A stretch of DNA of 64,000 nt from Candidatus Poribacteria bacterium (GCA_963663765.2 CAXXUA010000004.1:96001-160000); one strand, 5' to 3'; shown: positions 1 to 10,085, counted from the first letter of the stretch. Notes: generated by a model not told the origin, from the letters alone. Translations and numbers: made by a program.

Positions 1-1010
1 CTACCGGACCGGTATGTTGTCAAAGCCATAAGAATCTGGATTGGGTGTATGCGAGATTTTTTAATTGCATCTGGGTTTAGTCTATTTAGAACTGTCTGAA
101 TATCAGGAGCGAAAGGTTTTAGTAAACCTACCTGGGTCATTTTTCCGAGATTACGTACTGTTGCGATGACAGGCATGTTTTTTAACAACGCAGCCCAAAT
201 TTCAACATCGTTCTTCCACTGATTCGGCACCATCTCATGTGTGAATTGATGTGTTTCAATGATTTCAAGAACTTCCGCACTCTTTTTGGCAACTTTTAGT
301 TCTTCATAGGCTGCGAGTAGTTCTGGAAAATCGTCAGTCGCGTCGTAAATAGTTGCTATCTTTTCACTATCTTCAGTTCCGCGATGTACAATGCGTTTTC
401 CTGTATCTATCCCTTTGATCCATCGATATAAACCATTGTTCTCTCCATAGTGGCACTTTGACAGAACATCAGCGTGACTCCACTTGTTGCGTGTCTGGTA
501 TTTCAGTACTTGAAACGTTAACGTGTCAGTGTCTTTTGTACGGTACCATTCTCCGATTAACCTTCTGACAGAGCGACCCCATCCACGCATTCCATCAATA
601 AACGAAACGAATGTGAAAAGGTGTGTTCCAATGCGCGCCACGTCACATAAAACTTCTTGAATTTTCTGTTTAGTTGCTTTATTCCCATGAGTGAATGCAA
701 GAGCCAATGCATATAATGCGGGATCGTTCTTAGGGGCGCGACCTGATACTGAAATCTCACGTATTCTCTGAACAACTTGGACACCATCCTCAGCGATGCA
801 TTTTAGGGTAGAATCTACGTTAACCTTTGTCAGATCCTGTTCTGCGGCATAATAGGATCCACCTTCGGTACCCAGAAGAAGGAACCTGTCTAAGTTTGTC
901 CAGATAGAGACGGGATAGACGTATCCACCAGCAGAATTTTCTATCTGCTTTTTGTCTAAAGGTTGTCGTTGGTGTGGATACAAGGGAGCATATTTTCGCA
1001 AATAACTCAT
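1..1010 (-). CDS. rsr: Ro60/TROVE-domain RNA-binding protein (Rsr), 3' end outside the window
   Basis: Manual translation from ATG at 1010 gives MSYLRKYAPLYPHQRQPLDKKQIENSAGGYVY...LDRFLLLGTEGGSYY...GMRGWGRSVRR...KYQTRNKWSHADVL...MPVIATVRNLGKMT...SRIHPIQILMALTTY, all typical Ro60 motifs. Missing from the ORF track because it runs off the edge. Confidence 0.95.
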   Translation of the reverse strand, partial: MSYLRKYAPLYPHQRQPLDKKQIENSAGGYVYPVSIWTNLDRFLLLGTEGGSYYAAEQDLTKVNVDSTLKCIAEDGVQVVQRIREISVSGRAPKNDPALYALALAFTHGNKATKQKIQEVLCDVARIGTHLFTFVSFIDGMRGWGRSVRRLIGEWYRTKDTDTLTFQVLKYQTRNKWSHADVLSKCHYGENNGLYRWIKGIDTGKRIVHRGTEDSEKIATIYDATDDFPELLAAYEELKVAKKSAEVLEIIETHQFTHEMVPNQWKNDVEIWAALLKNMPVIATVRNLGKMTQVGLLKPFAPDIQTVLNRLNPDAIKKSRIHPIQILMALTTYRSG

Positions 1011-1029
1011 GGTTTCACCAAAAATAAGG

Positions 1030-1086
1030 GACGGGCAAGGTGCGTATTGCGAAGATTCAATGGATAACGCAATACTTCGGCCCGTC
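1030..1086 (-). ncRNA. Short Y RNA (YrlB-like)
   Basis: GACGGGCCGAAGTATTGCG...CGCAATACGCACCTTGCCCGTC: terminal stem carrying the GNCGAAG Ro60-binding motif, directly upstream of rsr. Confidence 0.7.
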
Positions 1087-1092
1087 AACGGA

Positions 1093-1218
1093 GACGCTGG
1101 ATAAAAATCGGAATACTAACGCTCTACCCCTGAGCTACAGTCGGTTTCGCATTACACTCCACCTTCTGGCAGGATTCGAACCTGCGACCACGTTAACGCA
1201 TTCACACGACCCAGAGTC
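1093..1218 (-). ncRNA. yrlA: YrlA-type Y RNA (circularly permuted tRNA mimic)
   Basis: T arm (GTCGCAGGTTCGAATCCTGCC) precedes D arm (TAGCTCAGGGGTAGAGC); no anticodon arm; ends pair (GACTCTGG/CCAGCGTC); adjacent to Ro60. Confidence 0.85.
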
Positions 1219-1298
1219 AATATTTTCAAGATTGAGGATTTTTACCTGTGTTCAATATTAAGAAAATCTTAGGCAAATCATTTCCAAGTAGAATATTC

Positions 1299-1328
1299 AT
1301 TATACTACAACTATTTTTATAATGTCAA
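1299..1328 (-). promoter_or_regulatory. sigma70-type promoter for the yrl-rsr unit
   Basis: TTGACA-18 nt-TATAAT on the minus strand. Confidence 0.6.
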
Positions 1329-1346
1329 GTAAATTGTTTCAAGGGG

Positions 1347-1706
1347 CAGGGTTATTTAGTTTTAGGTATTTTTGATGATTTTTTGCTGTGACGTTAATTT
1401 TATGGGATACCATCTTGTCCGTGTCTTTAGTCCCGTAGGGACGATATGTTTATAGAAAAATGTTATCTAACTCTCTTGAGTTCCATAGGAACGGCATAGA
1501 AGAATAAACATATCGTCCCTACGGGACTAAAGAGCTGGTGAGGGTATTCGTTTTCTATAAACATATCGTCCCTACGGGACTAAAGAGCGATGTTCATGTT
1601 TCAATAATCTAAAATTGATGTATAAAGTTCGGTTAGGAAACCGAACCTTGTATTAACTTACAGTAAATCTCAATAACAGAAAACTATTAAAAACTGAATA
1701 ACCCTG
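1347..1706. mobile_element. MITE family A (TIR CAGGGTTATT(T/C)AGTTTT, 9-bp TSD)
   Basis: Terminal inverted repeats; flanks TTCAAGGGG/TCCAAGGGG; internal GTCCCGTAGGGAC REP-like hairpins; related copies at 12683 and 29707. Confidence 0.8.
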
Positions 1707-1712
1707 TCCAAG

Positions 1713-2746
1713 GGGTGTGTAAAGTTTTGGTTACTGTGTGTAGGGGTGGGATCTCCCCGCCACATAGGTGTCAACTTAAGAAAAAGTCAAGTGCTAAATA
1801 CCCCATCCCGGTAGGCGTGCTTTGTAAGCGCGCCGATAAACACAGGATTGGCAACGGCGTGCTTACAAAACACGCCTGCGGGTGAGTGCGGGTGAGTGCG
1901 GGGCGCGCTTACAAAGCACGCCTGCAGGGGAGTGCGGGGGAGTGCGGGGCGCGCTTACAAAGCACGCCTGCAGGGGAGTGCGGGGGAGTGCGGGGCGCGC
2001 TTACAAAGCATACCTGCGGGTGAGTGCGCGTGAGTGCGGGGCGCGCTTACAAAGCACGCCTGCAGGGGAGTGCGCGTGAGTGCGGGGCGCGCTTACAAAG
2101 CACGCCTGCAGGGGAGTGCGGGGGAGTGCGGGGGAGTGCGGGGCGCGCTTACAAAGCACGCCTGCAGGGGAGTGCGGGGGAGTGCGGGGCGCGCTTACAA
2201 AGCACGCCTGCGGGTGAGTGCGCGTGAGTGCAGTTGAGGGGCGCGCTTACAAAGCACGCCTGCGGGTGAGTGCGGGTGAGTGCAGTTGAGGGGCGCGCTT
2301 ACAAAGCACGCCTGCGGGGTGAGTGCGGGGGAGTGCGGGGCGCGCTTACAAAGCATGTCTACCTTGAGTGAGAAAATCAGGATTTCAAGGTTTCCCTCCT
2401 ACAATAATATGAATCGCTAAGTTGACACCTATGGGGTGGGATCTCCCCGCCCCATAGGCGTCAACTTAAGAAAAAAGTGTTAGCATTTCTCTTGTGGGAG
2501 GGGTTTTCAACCCCGATTTGAGAGGAAAAGCGCATAAATTCGGGGTTGAAAACCTCTCCCATAAGAGGTTAAAATCCTTAAATTGACGCTTATGAGGTGA
2601 GGTCTCCCCGGCCGAACAGAAGTTTTACGCGGGCGAGGAAACCTCGCCCCTACGATGTCCACAGTCCTTTAACGCCAAACAAGGTTGATAGAAACTGGTT
2701 GTACTTCTTTAAATACCAGGATTTCATTAAAAACTTTGCACACCCG
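1713..2746. mobile_element. Composite MITE/REP element (TIR GGGTGTGTAAAGTTTT...AAAACTTTGCACACCC) with nested cassettes
   Basis: Inverted ends; nested cassettes 1763-2433 and 2453-2594 bounded by CATAGG(T/C)GTCAACTTAAG-type inverted repeats. Confidence 0.65.
1811..2362 (+). repeat. Tandem array of a REP arm (GCGCGCTTACAAAGCACGCCTGC, ~11 copies) with G-rich linkers
   Basis: One left arm GTAGGCGTGCTTTGTAAGCGCGCC followed by ~11 right-arm copies. Confidence 0.9.
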
Positions 2747-2877
2747 TTCCAAGATAAATTCATTTTGATATATAGATGTAGAGTGAGTATAATATAGTGA
2801 ATATTACAATGCATAGTTATCATAGTTTTTCAAAATAGATAATTACTCTCATAAGTTGAAATAGAGAATATTCACAG

Positions 2878-3978
2878 ATGAAAAAACTGATCATAATTTT
2901 TATTTTTACCATAATCTTACTTGGAATCGGAATGTTTTTCTATACAGTTGACAAGAAGAATCCACATTCCCTGCTTGCTCGTATACCTGTATCACTACCA
3001 CATAAACATGCGACACCTGATGCGGAATTAATTGAACATACGCATACATACGATCATACCCACGCTAATCACAAATTATATGATCCAAGTTCTGTTGAGG
3101 GGTTAGAATCTAATAGCCATCCGATTCAACAAAATTGGGAACGTATTGATCTTGAAACTATTCAGGAAAAATACCAACCTTATACTATTGACCAAATGAA
3201 TAAATTGTGGACGCAGGATTATAGTAATCAAATTATTTCAGCTAAGAAAGAAAGACTTGATAAGACTTATCCAAAAAATAAATGGTTGAAACGCAATCTG
3301 GATTTGGGACAACCGATTCGTGATTATTCTGACTACCGTATGGTGTTACAACGGCGCATGTATATGGTGAACCGAAAAGCACTCTGGAACGCAGCCGGAC
3401 GTGAGGAAAAGCAGGCATTGAGAAACAGTCTACAATTACCTGATGAAATTGATACTTGGAAGGAATATGAGGATGCATTTCTAAAGTTTTGGATTGTTGC
3501 TGCTTATGAATCCCTACTTTCAGAGGAAACTGAGACAGTATATGTATATATTACTGATGGGAATAAGTTTACAAAGTTCACTGGAGCGAGATTAAAGCGT
3601 AATCAGATGCATGACTTAATGTATTACGGTATTGTTCCAGAAGGACTTCATGTTGTCTATCTTGATGAGAATGGAAATGCACTTCCCGCAAGAATAAAGC
3701 CTCGATTTTATGAATGGTATCTGAAGGAATTAGACCAAGCGTACACATTCGTTGAGAAGATCATCTCTGAACATAAAGATTTTTATATATCACAACCTGT
3801 ACAGAATTCCAAAACGAAAAATACTGAGAAAAAACTTAATCTGCATGATTCTTTTGGATTGTTGCGTGATTTACATTGGGATGAATTGCCGAAAGATTTG
3901 AAAGTATTACAGAATGCTATTAGAAAACTTGAAACTATTAAACGGCAGGGAGAAGAAAAAATGCAATTGCAACCTTAA
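2878..3978 (+). CDS. Hypothetical protein with N-terminal membrane anchor/signal peptide and His-rich segment
   Basis: 366-aa ORF, hydrophobic N-terminus. Confidence 0.7.
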   Translation: MKKLIIIFIFTIILLGIGMFFYTVDKKNPHSLLARIPVSLPHKHATPDAELIEHTHTYDHTHANHKLYDPSSVEGLESNSHPIQQNWERIDLETIQEKYQPYTIDQMNKLWTQDYSNQIISAKKERLDKTYPKNKWLKRNLDLGQPIRDYSDYRMVLQRRMYMVNRKALWNAAGREEKQALRNSLQLPDEIDTWKEYEDAFLKFWIVAAYESLLSEETETVYVYITDGNKFTKFTGARLKRNQMHDLMYYGIVPEGLHVVYLDENGNALPARIKPRFYEWYLKELDQAYTFVEKIISEHKDFYISQPVQNSKTKNTEKKLNLHDSFGLLRDLHWDELPKDLKVLQNAIRKLETIKRQGEEKMQLQP

Positions 3979-4111
3979 GGTTAGACCTACAAAAACAGTT
4001 GGAGTAATATGTTATTGATATCAAACATATCACTCCAATGTATTGTGTTTTCAAATGCAGCAATTAGAAGAATAAATCAATTCTCTTGTGTAAAATATTG
4101 TTGAAGAATAG

Positions 4112-4975
4112 TTATTTCACAGATTGTGCATTTTTCAAAGATCCCCATGTAGTTGTGAGTTTTTGATGTGGTTCAACACTTAGGGGTTGCGTTATTTCAG
4201 CAAAGTCTGAATCCTCAAAAGCAGAATTATAGACTATAACTTCATCAATTACACCTTCAAACCAGTCTATATTGGTGCCTTCATTTTCACCATCATGATA
4301 GATTGTTTTTTGAAGTACATAGCCTATTGAAGTATCGTTTGTATGGGAATAAAGTTGTCCACCACTTTCCGTATCAGCAAGATTACCATCTAACCACAAT
4401 TCTAATTTATCGTCTTCAACTTTATCGGTAGTGTTGCGAAGGACTAAAGCGACATGATGCCAACGATTTGATTTTATATTTGCAGACATCCAGCTGCCAT
4501 CCCAATTATAGTTTGTGCGATTCCATCCGCCAACATAGACATTACCGTTTTGTACATAAACTGTGAGTCCTTTATTTAAACCACCTTCTTGAAATATCAA
4601 TTGTTTTTCAGTTTTAGATGCGTCAAAACACTTAAAGTATGCAGCAACTGTTCGATCAGTGTAGGGACCGCCAGTGTTGATGAGGTCGTTATCAGGAAAT
4701 TTTATTCCATCGCCTTCTCCATCAAATTCCATTGCTTTACCAACAATCCCATCAACGGCTTCTGGGTTGCCAACGATAGTACCATTAATTTTATTTTTTG
4801 AGGTATCAGTAGCAAAGCCATCTTCAAAGGTTATTGCAATTGCTACCGTTTCTTCATCTCGTTGTGCATCTACTTGAGGTGTAAGTAAGATAGTAAGTAT
4901 GAAACAATTGAGACAAAACATTGTCATTGACAAAAGTTTGTGTTGTTTGACTAATCTTATTGCTTGAGTCATCAC
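4112..4975 (-). CDS. Secreted LamG/concanavalin A-like domain protein
   Basis: GKAMEFDG, WHHVA, FEGVIDEVIVYN motifs; C-terminal SVEPHQKLTTTWGSLK. Confidence 0.9.
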   Translation of the reverse strand: MMTQAIRLVKQHKLLSMTMFCLNCFILTILLTPQVDAQRDEETVAIAITFEDGFATDTSKNKINGTIVGNPEAVDGIVGKAMEFDGEGDGIKFPDNDLINTGGPYTDRTVAAYFKCFDASKTEKQLIFQEGGLNKGLTVYVQNGNVYVGGWNRTNYNWDGSWMSANIKSNRWHHVALVLRNTTDKVEDDKLELWLDGNLADTESGGQLYSHTNDTSIGYVLQKTIYHDGENEGTNIDWFEGVIDEVIVYNSAFEDSDFAEITQPLSVEPHQKLTTTWGSLKNAQSVK

Positions 4976-5070
4976 TACAACTCCTTTGGAACAAATATTT
5001 GTAGTTCCATTCGTATTTTTTTAGAAACTGAAGTTAGAAACCTTTTATAATTATTACCATTTTGCAAATA

Positions 5071-5958
5071 TTAATCAATATTTTTTATTTTTGAACGCGG
5101 TCGTACGACTCTGAATCCGACTGTATGTGATGATTCCAACGGATAAAAGTGTGACCGTAAAGCTGCACGTAGAAATATGCTCCCGCCATCCCACGCTCCA
5201 CCACGAATTACTCGCGGTCTTAATACATCTCTGTAAATTAAATTCAATGGATTTTGCTTGTTACCCTTGCTGTTTTTTTGATAGTAATCTGGGTCAAATT
5301 CATCAAGGCACCATTCCCAAACATTTCCAGCAAGATCGGCAATACCATCAGGAGAGTTTCCGTTAGGAAATTGTCCCACCGGTGTCGGACGGTTGTAGCG
5401 TTTACCGAAATTAGCATGATGTCGTATTTTTGGGATTTCATCACCCCATGGATAAATTCTTCTATTGATGCCGCGAGCTGCGCGTTCCCACTGTGCTTCA
5501 GTTGGCAAACTGGCTCCTATCCATTCTGCAAACGCTTGTGCGTCAAACCATGTCACGCCGACAACAGGTTGTGTATCATTGTTGAAGTTATCATCATTCC
5601 ATATCTCTTGACCTTGTAGTCCTTTAGGTGAAGGTCGTCCTGTTGCATGTATAAAAGCTCGGTACTGTGCATTAGTGATTTCATATTTTGATATCTGATA
5701 TGAGGATAGATTAACTTTGTGTTGTGGTACCTCTGTATGAAAGTTCTGTTTTTCAAGGAGCGAAGTTCTTAATAATGCTTCTTTGTATGCGGCATCTGCT
5801 TCTTCCGGAGTTGACCCCATCAGAAACTCACCGATTGGAATTGTAACCCATTCTATTGTGTCAAATATCTTTTTTGCATCTGGGTGTACATCAGCTGTTA
5901 TATTACAGAAGAGTATGGTGAATATAAAAGAAAGAATTGTAAGACAAAAGAAGCGCAT
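5071..5958 (-). CDS. Formylglycine-generating enzyme family (SUMF1/FGE-sulfatase) protein
   Basis: FLMGS, YEITNAQY, PVVGVTWFDA, LPTEAQWERAARG, DLAGNVWEW, RGGAW, GFRVV motifs. Confidence 0.92.
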   Translation of the reverse strand: MRFFCLTILSFIFTILFCNITADVHPDAKKIFDTIEWVTIPIGEFLMGSTPEEADAAYKEALLRTSLLEKQNFHTEVPQHKVNLSSYQISKYEITNAQYRAFIHATGRPSPKGLQGQEIWNDDNFNNDTQPVVGVTWFDAQAFAEWIGASLPTEAQWERAARGINRRIYPWGDEIPKIRHHANFGKRYNRPTPVGQFPNGNSPDGIADLAGNVWEWCLDEFDPDYYQKNSKGNKQNPLNLIYRDVLRPRVIRGGAWDGGSIFLRAALRSHFYPLESSHTVGFRVVRPRSKIKNID

Positions 5959-5966
5959 GTTCCGTT

Positions 5967-6506
5967 CTACTTAGGATTTTCTAAGACAGCTATGTACGGT
6001 AGATTTCGGTGTGACTGTGCATAATCAAGTCCATAACCGACAACAAAGACGTTCGGTATTTCAAAGCCAAAATAGTCTATTTTAACCGCAACTTCCCGAC
6101 GATGTGGTTTATCAAGAAGCGTACAAATTTTGATGGATTTTGGATTTAATTTTTGTAAGTGTTCCGTGAGAAGTTTCAATGTTTGACCGGTGTCAATAAT
6201 ATCTTCAACTATAAGAACATTTCTATGTTTAACATATTCACTTCCAGCGGAAATGAATTGAATTTCTTTTGATGGTATAGTACTATCATTATAACTGGAT
6301 GTCTGCAGGAACTCAAATCTTAATGGTATTGATATTTCTCTTGCAAGATCTGCCAAAAAAAACGCTGCTCCTCGCAAGACACATATAAGAACAAGTTCTT
6401 GGTTTTCATAGTCTTGTGAAATTTGTTTACCGAGTTCACGGATGCGGTTCTGTATCTGTTTTTTAGTATACAGAACAGAATTAGGATATGGTTCTGCTTT
6501 TTTCAT
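5967..6506 (-). CDS. hpt: Hypoxanthine phosphoribosyltransferase
   Basis: VLIVEDIIDTGQTL and FVVGYGLDY motifs; start placed at ATG 6506, overlapping the tilS end. Confidence 0.95.
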   Translation of the reverse strand: MKKAEPYPNSVLYTKKQIQNRIRELGKQISQDYENQELVLICVLRGAAFFLADLAREISIPLRFEFLQTSSYNDSTIPSKEIQFISAGSEYVKHRNVLIVEDIIDTGQTLKLLTEHLQKLNPKSIKICTLLDKPHRREVAVKIDYFGFEIPNVFVVGYGLDYAQSHRNLPYIAVLENPK

Positions 6507-7896
6507 ATTGTAAGTGGAGACACCTTTTTGTTGTATTTTGGATTCTAAATTTTTCATTGGTGTTAAAACCTATGACCCACATTAATTCATCACCACTTAT
6601 GAGCAATGGGATACGATTACGTTGATCTTGTGGAACTTTTTTATCAATAAAATAGTCCTTGACCTTCTTTGTTCCCTGCATTCCAAAAGGTTGAAATCGG
6701 TCACCTTGTCGTCTATTGCGAACAGATAGTGGATAGTTTATTTTACTACAATCAAACATTGCTTCATTGACACCGTCAGGTATAGAAGGAACACAGTCTG
6801 TTGCCATATCAACAAAAGTAACAGTGATTACAGCATTTGGAATAGAAAGAATAGTTTTACCAGGTATGTTTAGAATGTACTCAAAATCATTGAACTTATC
6901 AGAAGTTCTTTCAAAAATAAGTTCTTGATAGGCGCGTTTAAAAGTGAACTCGTCACGCAATGTGAATTTTGCATTCGGTTTCTCCCCGTGAATAATGTCA
7001 AGTATTGTTTGGCAATGGTCATAGGAGATGTCATTGAGTTGTCCCATTATGTCAGAGATTGCATATCTTAGAATCCGTCTCTGCAATGCAATGTGGTTTT
7101 GTTGGAATTTCTGACGATTTAAAACTATTGAAGCAGGATTGGAGTCTGTTTGTTTACATTCTGTATAAGTCTGTTGAGCGATAGTTTCAAGATATTCCGT
7201 TTCACTTCCTAAAATTTCTGCAGTGCGACATAATCCATTTTTTATATTTGGATTATAATCTTGTTCAAGAATGGGAATTAACTCGTGTCGGATTCGGTTT
7301 CGTAAAAATTGTTTGTCTGTATTTGTTGGGTCTTCTTTCGTAACAATATCAATAGACTTGAGATATGTTTCAATATCTTTCCGTGTGAATGTAGCAAGGG
7401 GTCTAATGTATTTACCATCTCTGATAGGAGCAATTCCCTTCAACCCGGTGCTGCCAGTACCACGGATGAGATTCATCAAGACCGTTTCAGCAATATCGTC
7501 TTTGTGATGTCCAAGTGCTACTTTGGTTGCCCCTGTTTTTGCACAAGTTGTTTCATAGAATTCGTACCGAACTTTTCGTGCAGCTGCCTCAATAGATAGT
7601 TTCCATTCTTTACTTAATTGCGAAACATCAATGGTGTGTAAGGAAAAGGAAATTTCTAATCGTGATGCATGTTTGCGAACATATTCTGCATCATTTGCAG
7701 AATCATGTCTGAGTGAATGATCAATATGAACTACGTGGAGATTGCAATTCAGTTGAGATTGTAGTGCATGCAGCCCATTTAGGAGTGCCATGGAATCAGC
7801 ACCTCCTGATACAGCGATGAGAACGGTATCACCATTCTCAATCATGGCATGTTTTTTTATGAAGCGATAGAGATTTTGCACAAAACGGGAGTTCAT
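6481..7896 (-). CDS. tilS: tRNA(Ile)-lysidine synthase
   Basis: AVSGGADSMAL, ALGHHKDD, DPTNTD...RNRIRH motifs; tilS-hpt synteny. Confidence 0.97.
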   Translation of the reverse strand: MNSRFVQNLYRFIKKHAMIENGDTVLIAVSGGADSMALLNGLHALQSQLNCNLHVVHIDHSLRHDSANDAEYVRKHASRLEISFSLHTIDVSQLSKEWKLSIEAAARKVRYEFYETTCAKTGATKVALGHHKDDIAETVLMNLIRGTGSTGLKGIAPIRDGKYIRPLATFTRKDIETYLKSIDIVTKEDPTNTDKQFLRNRIRHELIPILEQDYNPNIKNGLCRTAEILGSETEYLETIAQQTYTECKQTDSNPASIVLNRQKFQQNHIALQRRILRYAISDIMGQLNDISYDHCQTILDIIHGEKPNAKFTLRDEFTFKRAYQELIFERTSDKFNDFEYILNIPGKTILSIPNAVITVTFVDMATDCVPSIPDGVNEAMFDCSKINYPLSVRNRRQGDRFQPFGMQGTKKVKDYFIDKKVPQDQRNRIPLLISGDELMWVIGFNTNEKFRIQNTTKRCLHLQYEKSRTIS

Positions 7897-7919
7897 GAGG
7901 GTAGACCTTCAAAGAACGA

Positions 7920-7991
7920 TGCCGGTGCGGAGAGTCGAACTCCGGACCACACGATTATGAGTCGTGCGCTCTACCACTGAGCTACACCGGC
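7920..7991 (-). tRNA. tRNA with CAT anticodon (Ile2 or elongator Met), CCA not encoded
   Basis: GCCGGTGTAGCTCAGTGGTAGAGCGCACGACTCATAATCGTGTGGTCCGGAGTTCGACTCTCCGCACCGGCA folds as a cloverleaf. Confidence 0.95.
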
Positions 7992-8017
7992 AAAATAGTA
8001 GAGAAGTCTATAAAATT

Positions 8018-8046
8018 AGTATACCATATATATTGACAAATGTCAA
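8018..8046 (-). promoter_or_regulatory. sigma70-type promoter for tRNA-tilS-hpt
   Basis: TTGACA-17 nt-TATACT with extended -10 TG. Confidence 0.65.
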
Positions 8047-8449
8047 ATAATAGAGGCATTCAAATGTCACGATGAATCTTTGTTGGAGGACAGTTCAACA
8101 ATTAGTTGATTTCTTGATTTAGAGATTCTGACTACACCATGTCAAATATTTTACAGACATATCAAAAACATCAAATGATACCATTTTCATGTGATAATGT
8201 CTCATTAGTAGCGGAAATCTGGTAGGAGCGACCTCACGGTCGCGACCGGGAGGTCGCTCCTACCGAAGAGAGTAACCCCCTGCCAGTAAATAGTAGAATT
8301 ACTTAATGAGACAAGATTTATTTGAATTGGTATGAAAAGAACTTTACACACCCTATAATACACCCTGCAGATGGAGTGTTTGGAAAATACTGGTTCAGAC
8401 ATAATCAAAAATATTTGCACACCCAAAAATACCAAAATACCACATCAAT

Positions 8450-8478
8450 TTGACAATTGTATCAGTTGATGTTAAAAT
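8450..8478 (+). promoter_or_regulatory. sigma70-type promoter for GGGPS-grpE-dnaJ
   Basis: TTGACA-17 nt-TAAAAT with extended -10 TG. Confidence 0.6.
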
Positions 8479-8561
8479 TATTGAGTTGCGATAGAAATAT
8501 AAAGTCAGTAAGATGGTAACTGTATTATAGACTCGTTACACCAGAAAAGGAATCACTGCAT

Positions 8562-9308
8562 TTGGCAAGAAGTTGTGTCCTAAATTATCTTCATGAGGTG
8601 CTTAATAAGCGAAAAGCGGGTTATCTCGTTCTAATTGACCCTGAGGAATGTGAGTTGGAAGCGTGCGCTAAGCTTGCATGTGAAGTTGAACGTGCAGGGG
8701 CTGATGCACTCTTGCTTGGAGGAAGTTTGTTGACAAGAGACCTTCATCCAATTGCAGCGTCACTGAAGGAGAAAACGTCGCTACCAATCATATTGTTTCC
8801 AGGTGATTCTATGCATCTTACGCCTCATGCTGATGCTATCTTGTATACGAGCCTGATAAGTGGACGAAATCCGAACTACCTAATCGGTGAACAGGTAAAA
8901 GCAGCGCCTTGGATACAACGGTATGGGTTGCAAGCTATACCAACTGGTTATATTCTCATTGATGGTGGTAATAGGACTGCTGTGGAATTTATGAGTGGAA
9001 CAGCACCTATACCCAGAGACAAACCTGATATTGCTTGGCCTCATGCATTAGCTGCACAATACTTGGGGATGCAGCTCGTCTATTTAGAGGCTGGCAGTGG
9101 TGCAGAACTTCCCGTAGCAAATACGATGATATCCACTGTCAACACACATATAGATATTCCAATTATTGTTGGTGGTGGCATTAGAACACCGGAAATCGCT
9201 GCGGAGAAAGTAAATGCAGGTGCTGATTTTATTGTAACAGGGAACATTATTGAAAATAGTGGATCCTTTGAACTTATGAAGCAGTTCGCAGATGCTGTTC
9301 ATGGATAA
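8562..9308 (+). CDS. Geranylgeranylglyceryl phosphate synthase family (group II-like)
   Basis: LIDP, GGS, FPG, SGRNPNYLIGEQ, PTGYILIDGG, YLEAGSGA, VGGGIR motifs. Confidence 0.93.
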   Translation: MARSCVLNYLHEVLNKRKAGYLVLIDPEECELEACAKLACEVERAGADALLLGGSLLTRDLHPIAASLKEKTSLPIILFPGDSMHLTPHADAILYTSLISGRNPNYLIGEQVKAAPWIQRYGLQAIPTGYILIDGGNRTAVEFMSGTAPIPRDKPDIAWPHALAAQYLGMQLVYLEAGSGAELPVANTMISTVNTHIDIPIIVGGGIRTPEIAAEKVNAGADFIVTGNIIENSGSFELMKQFADAVHG

Positions 9309-9353
9309 TTAAAAACATAGATTATATTTTGACATGAAAAGAGGTAATTCATA

Positions 9354-10085
9354 GTGTCTGATAATAATGAAGTAGTAATAGAAATTGAGACGGATGAAGA
9401 AAAAACGGACAAACCGGAATTTTTAATTGATGATTCTGAATCTGAGGAGGAATCAGAAACATCGTCAGAAACAGAAGAACGTACACTTGAAACCGTTGAA
9501 GCAGAGCTTGAAGCAGTAAAAGAAGATTTCAAAAAACAACTTGAAGAAGTAGCTGAATCGGAACGTGAACAATTTGAGGAAGAACGTGAACGTTTGCTTC
9601 GTACAGCCGCAGAAGCAGAAAATGCCAAGAGACGTATCGAAAGCGAAGCAGAAAAACATCTCAAATTTGCTAACAGGAGTCTCATTGAAGGTCTCATTCC
9701 AGTATTGGATAGTCTTGAAGCTGCCATCAAGAGTGTTGATGAAAAAGTTGAGACAGACGAAGCAACCTCAGACATAACAACATTTAGAGATGGAGTAGAA
9801 TTGGTTCAAAAACAGTTCATGGATGTGCTTAGAATACAGGGTCTCACACAGATTGAATCTTCTTCCAAGAAATTTGACCCTAATAAACATGAAGCGGTGT
9901 TTGCCACTGATTCCGAGGATGTGCCTGATGGAGAAATAATTGAAGAATTTAGGTGCGGTTATCAATTGCATGATCAAATTATCCGTGCGGCACAAGTAGT
10001 GGTATCAAAAGGAAAAGCAGAGAAAGAAATTCCCATAGAAATAGTTGATAATCAGAAACAGAAAAACGGTTCCGAAGAAGAATAA
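9354..10085 (+). CDS. grpE: Nucleotide exchange factor GrpE
   Basis: LRTAAEAENAKRR, FDPNKHEAV, GYQLHDQIIRAAQVVV. Confidence 0.95.
   Translation: MSDNNEVVIEIETDEEKTDKPEFLIDDSESEEESETSSETEERTLETVEAELEAVKEDFKKQLEEVAESEREQFEEERERLLRTAAEAENAKRRIESEAEKHLKFANRSLIEGLIPVLDSLEAAIKSVDEKVETDEATSDITTFRDGVELVQKQFMDVLRIQGLTQIESSSKKFDPNKHEAVFATDSEDVPDGEIIEEFRCGYQLHDQIIRAAQVVVSKGKAEKEIPIEIVDNQKQKNGSEEE

Noticed and set aside
1093-1218. Canonical tRNA or integration-site tRNA fragment
   Set aside because: T arm precedes D arm, there is no anticodon arm, and the Ro60 context indicates YrlA.
1882-2237. ORFs in the REP arrays (also 13518-15778)
   Set aside because: Translations of tandem repeats in several frames, with no RBS or protein features.
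8440-9360. CIRCE/HrcA operator upstream of grpE-dnaJ
   Set aside because: No TTAGCACTC-N9-GAGTGCTAA found by eye.
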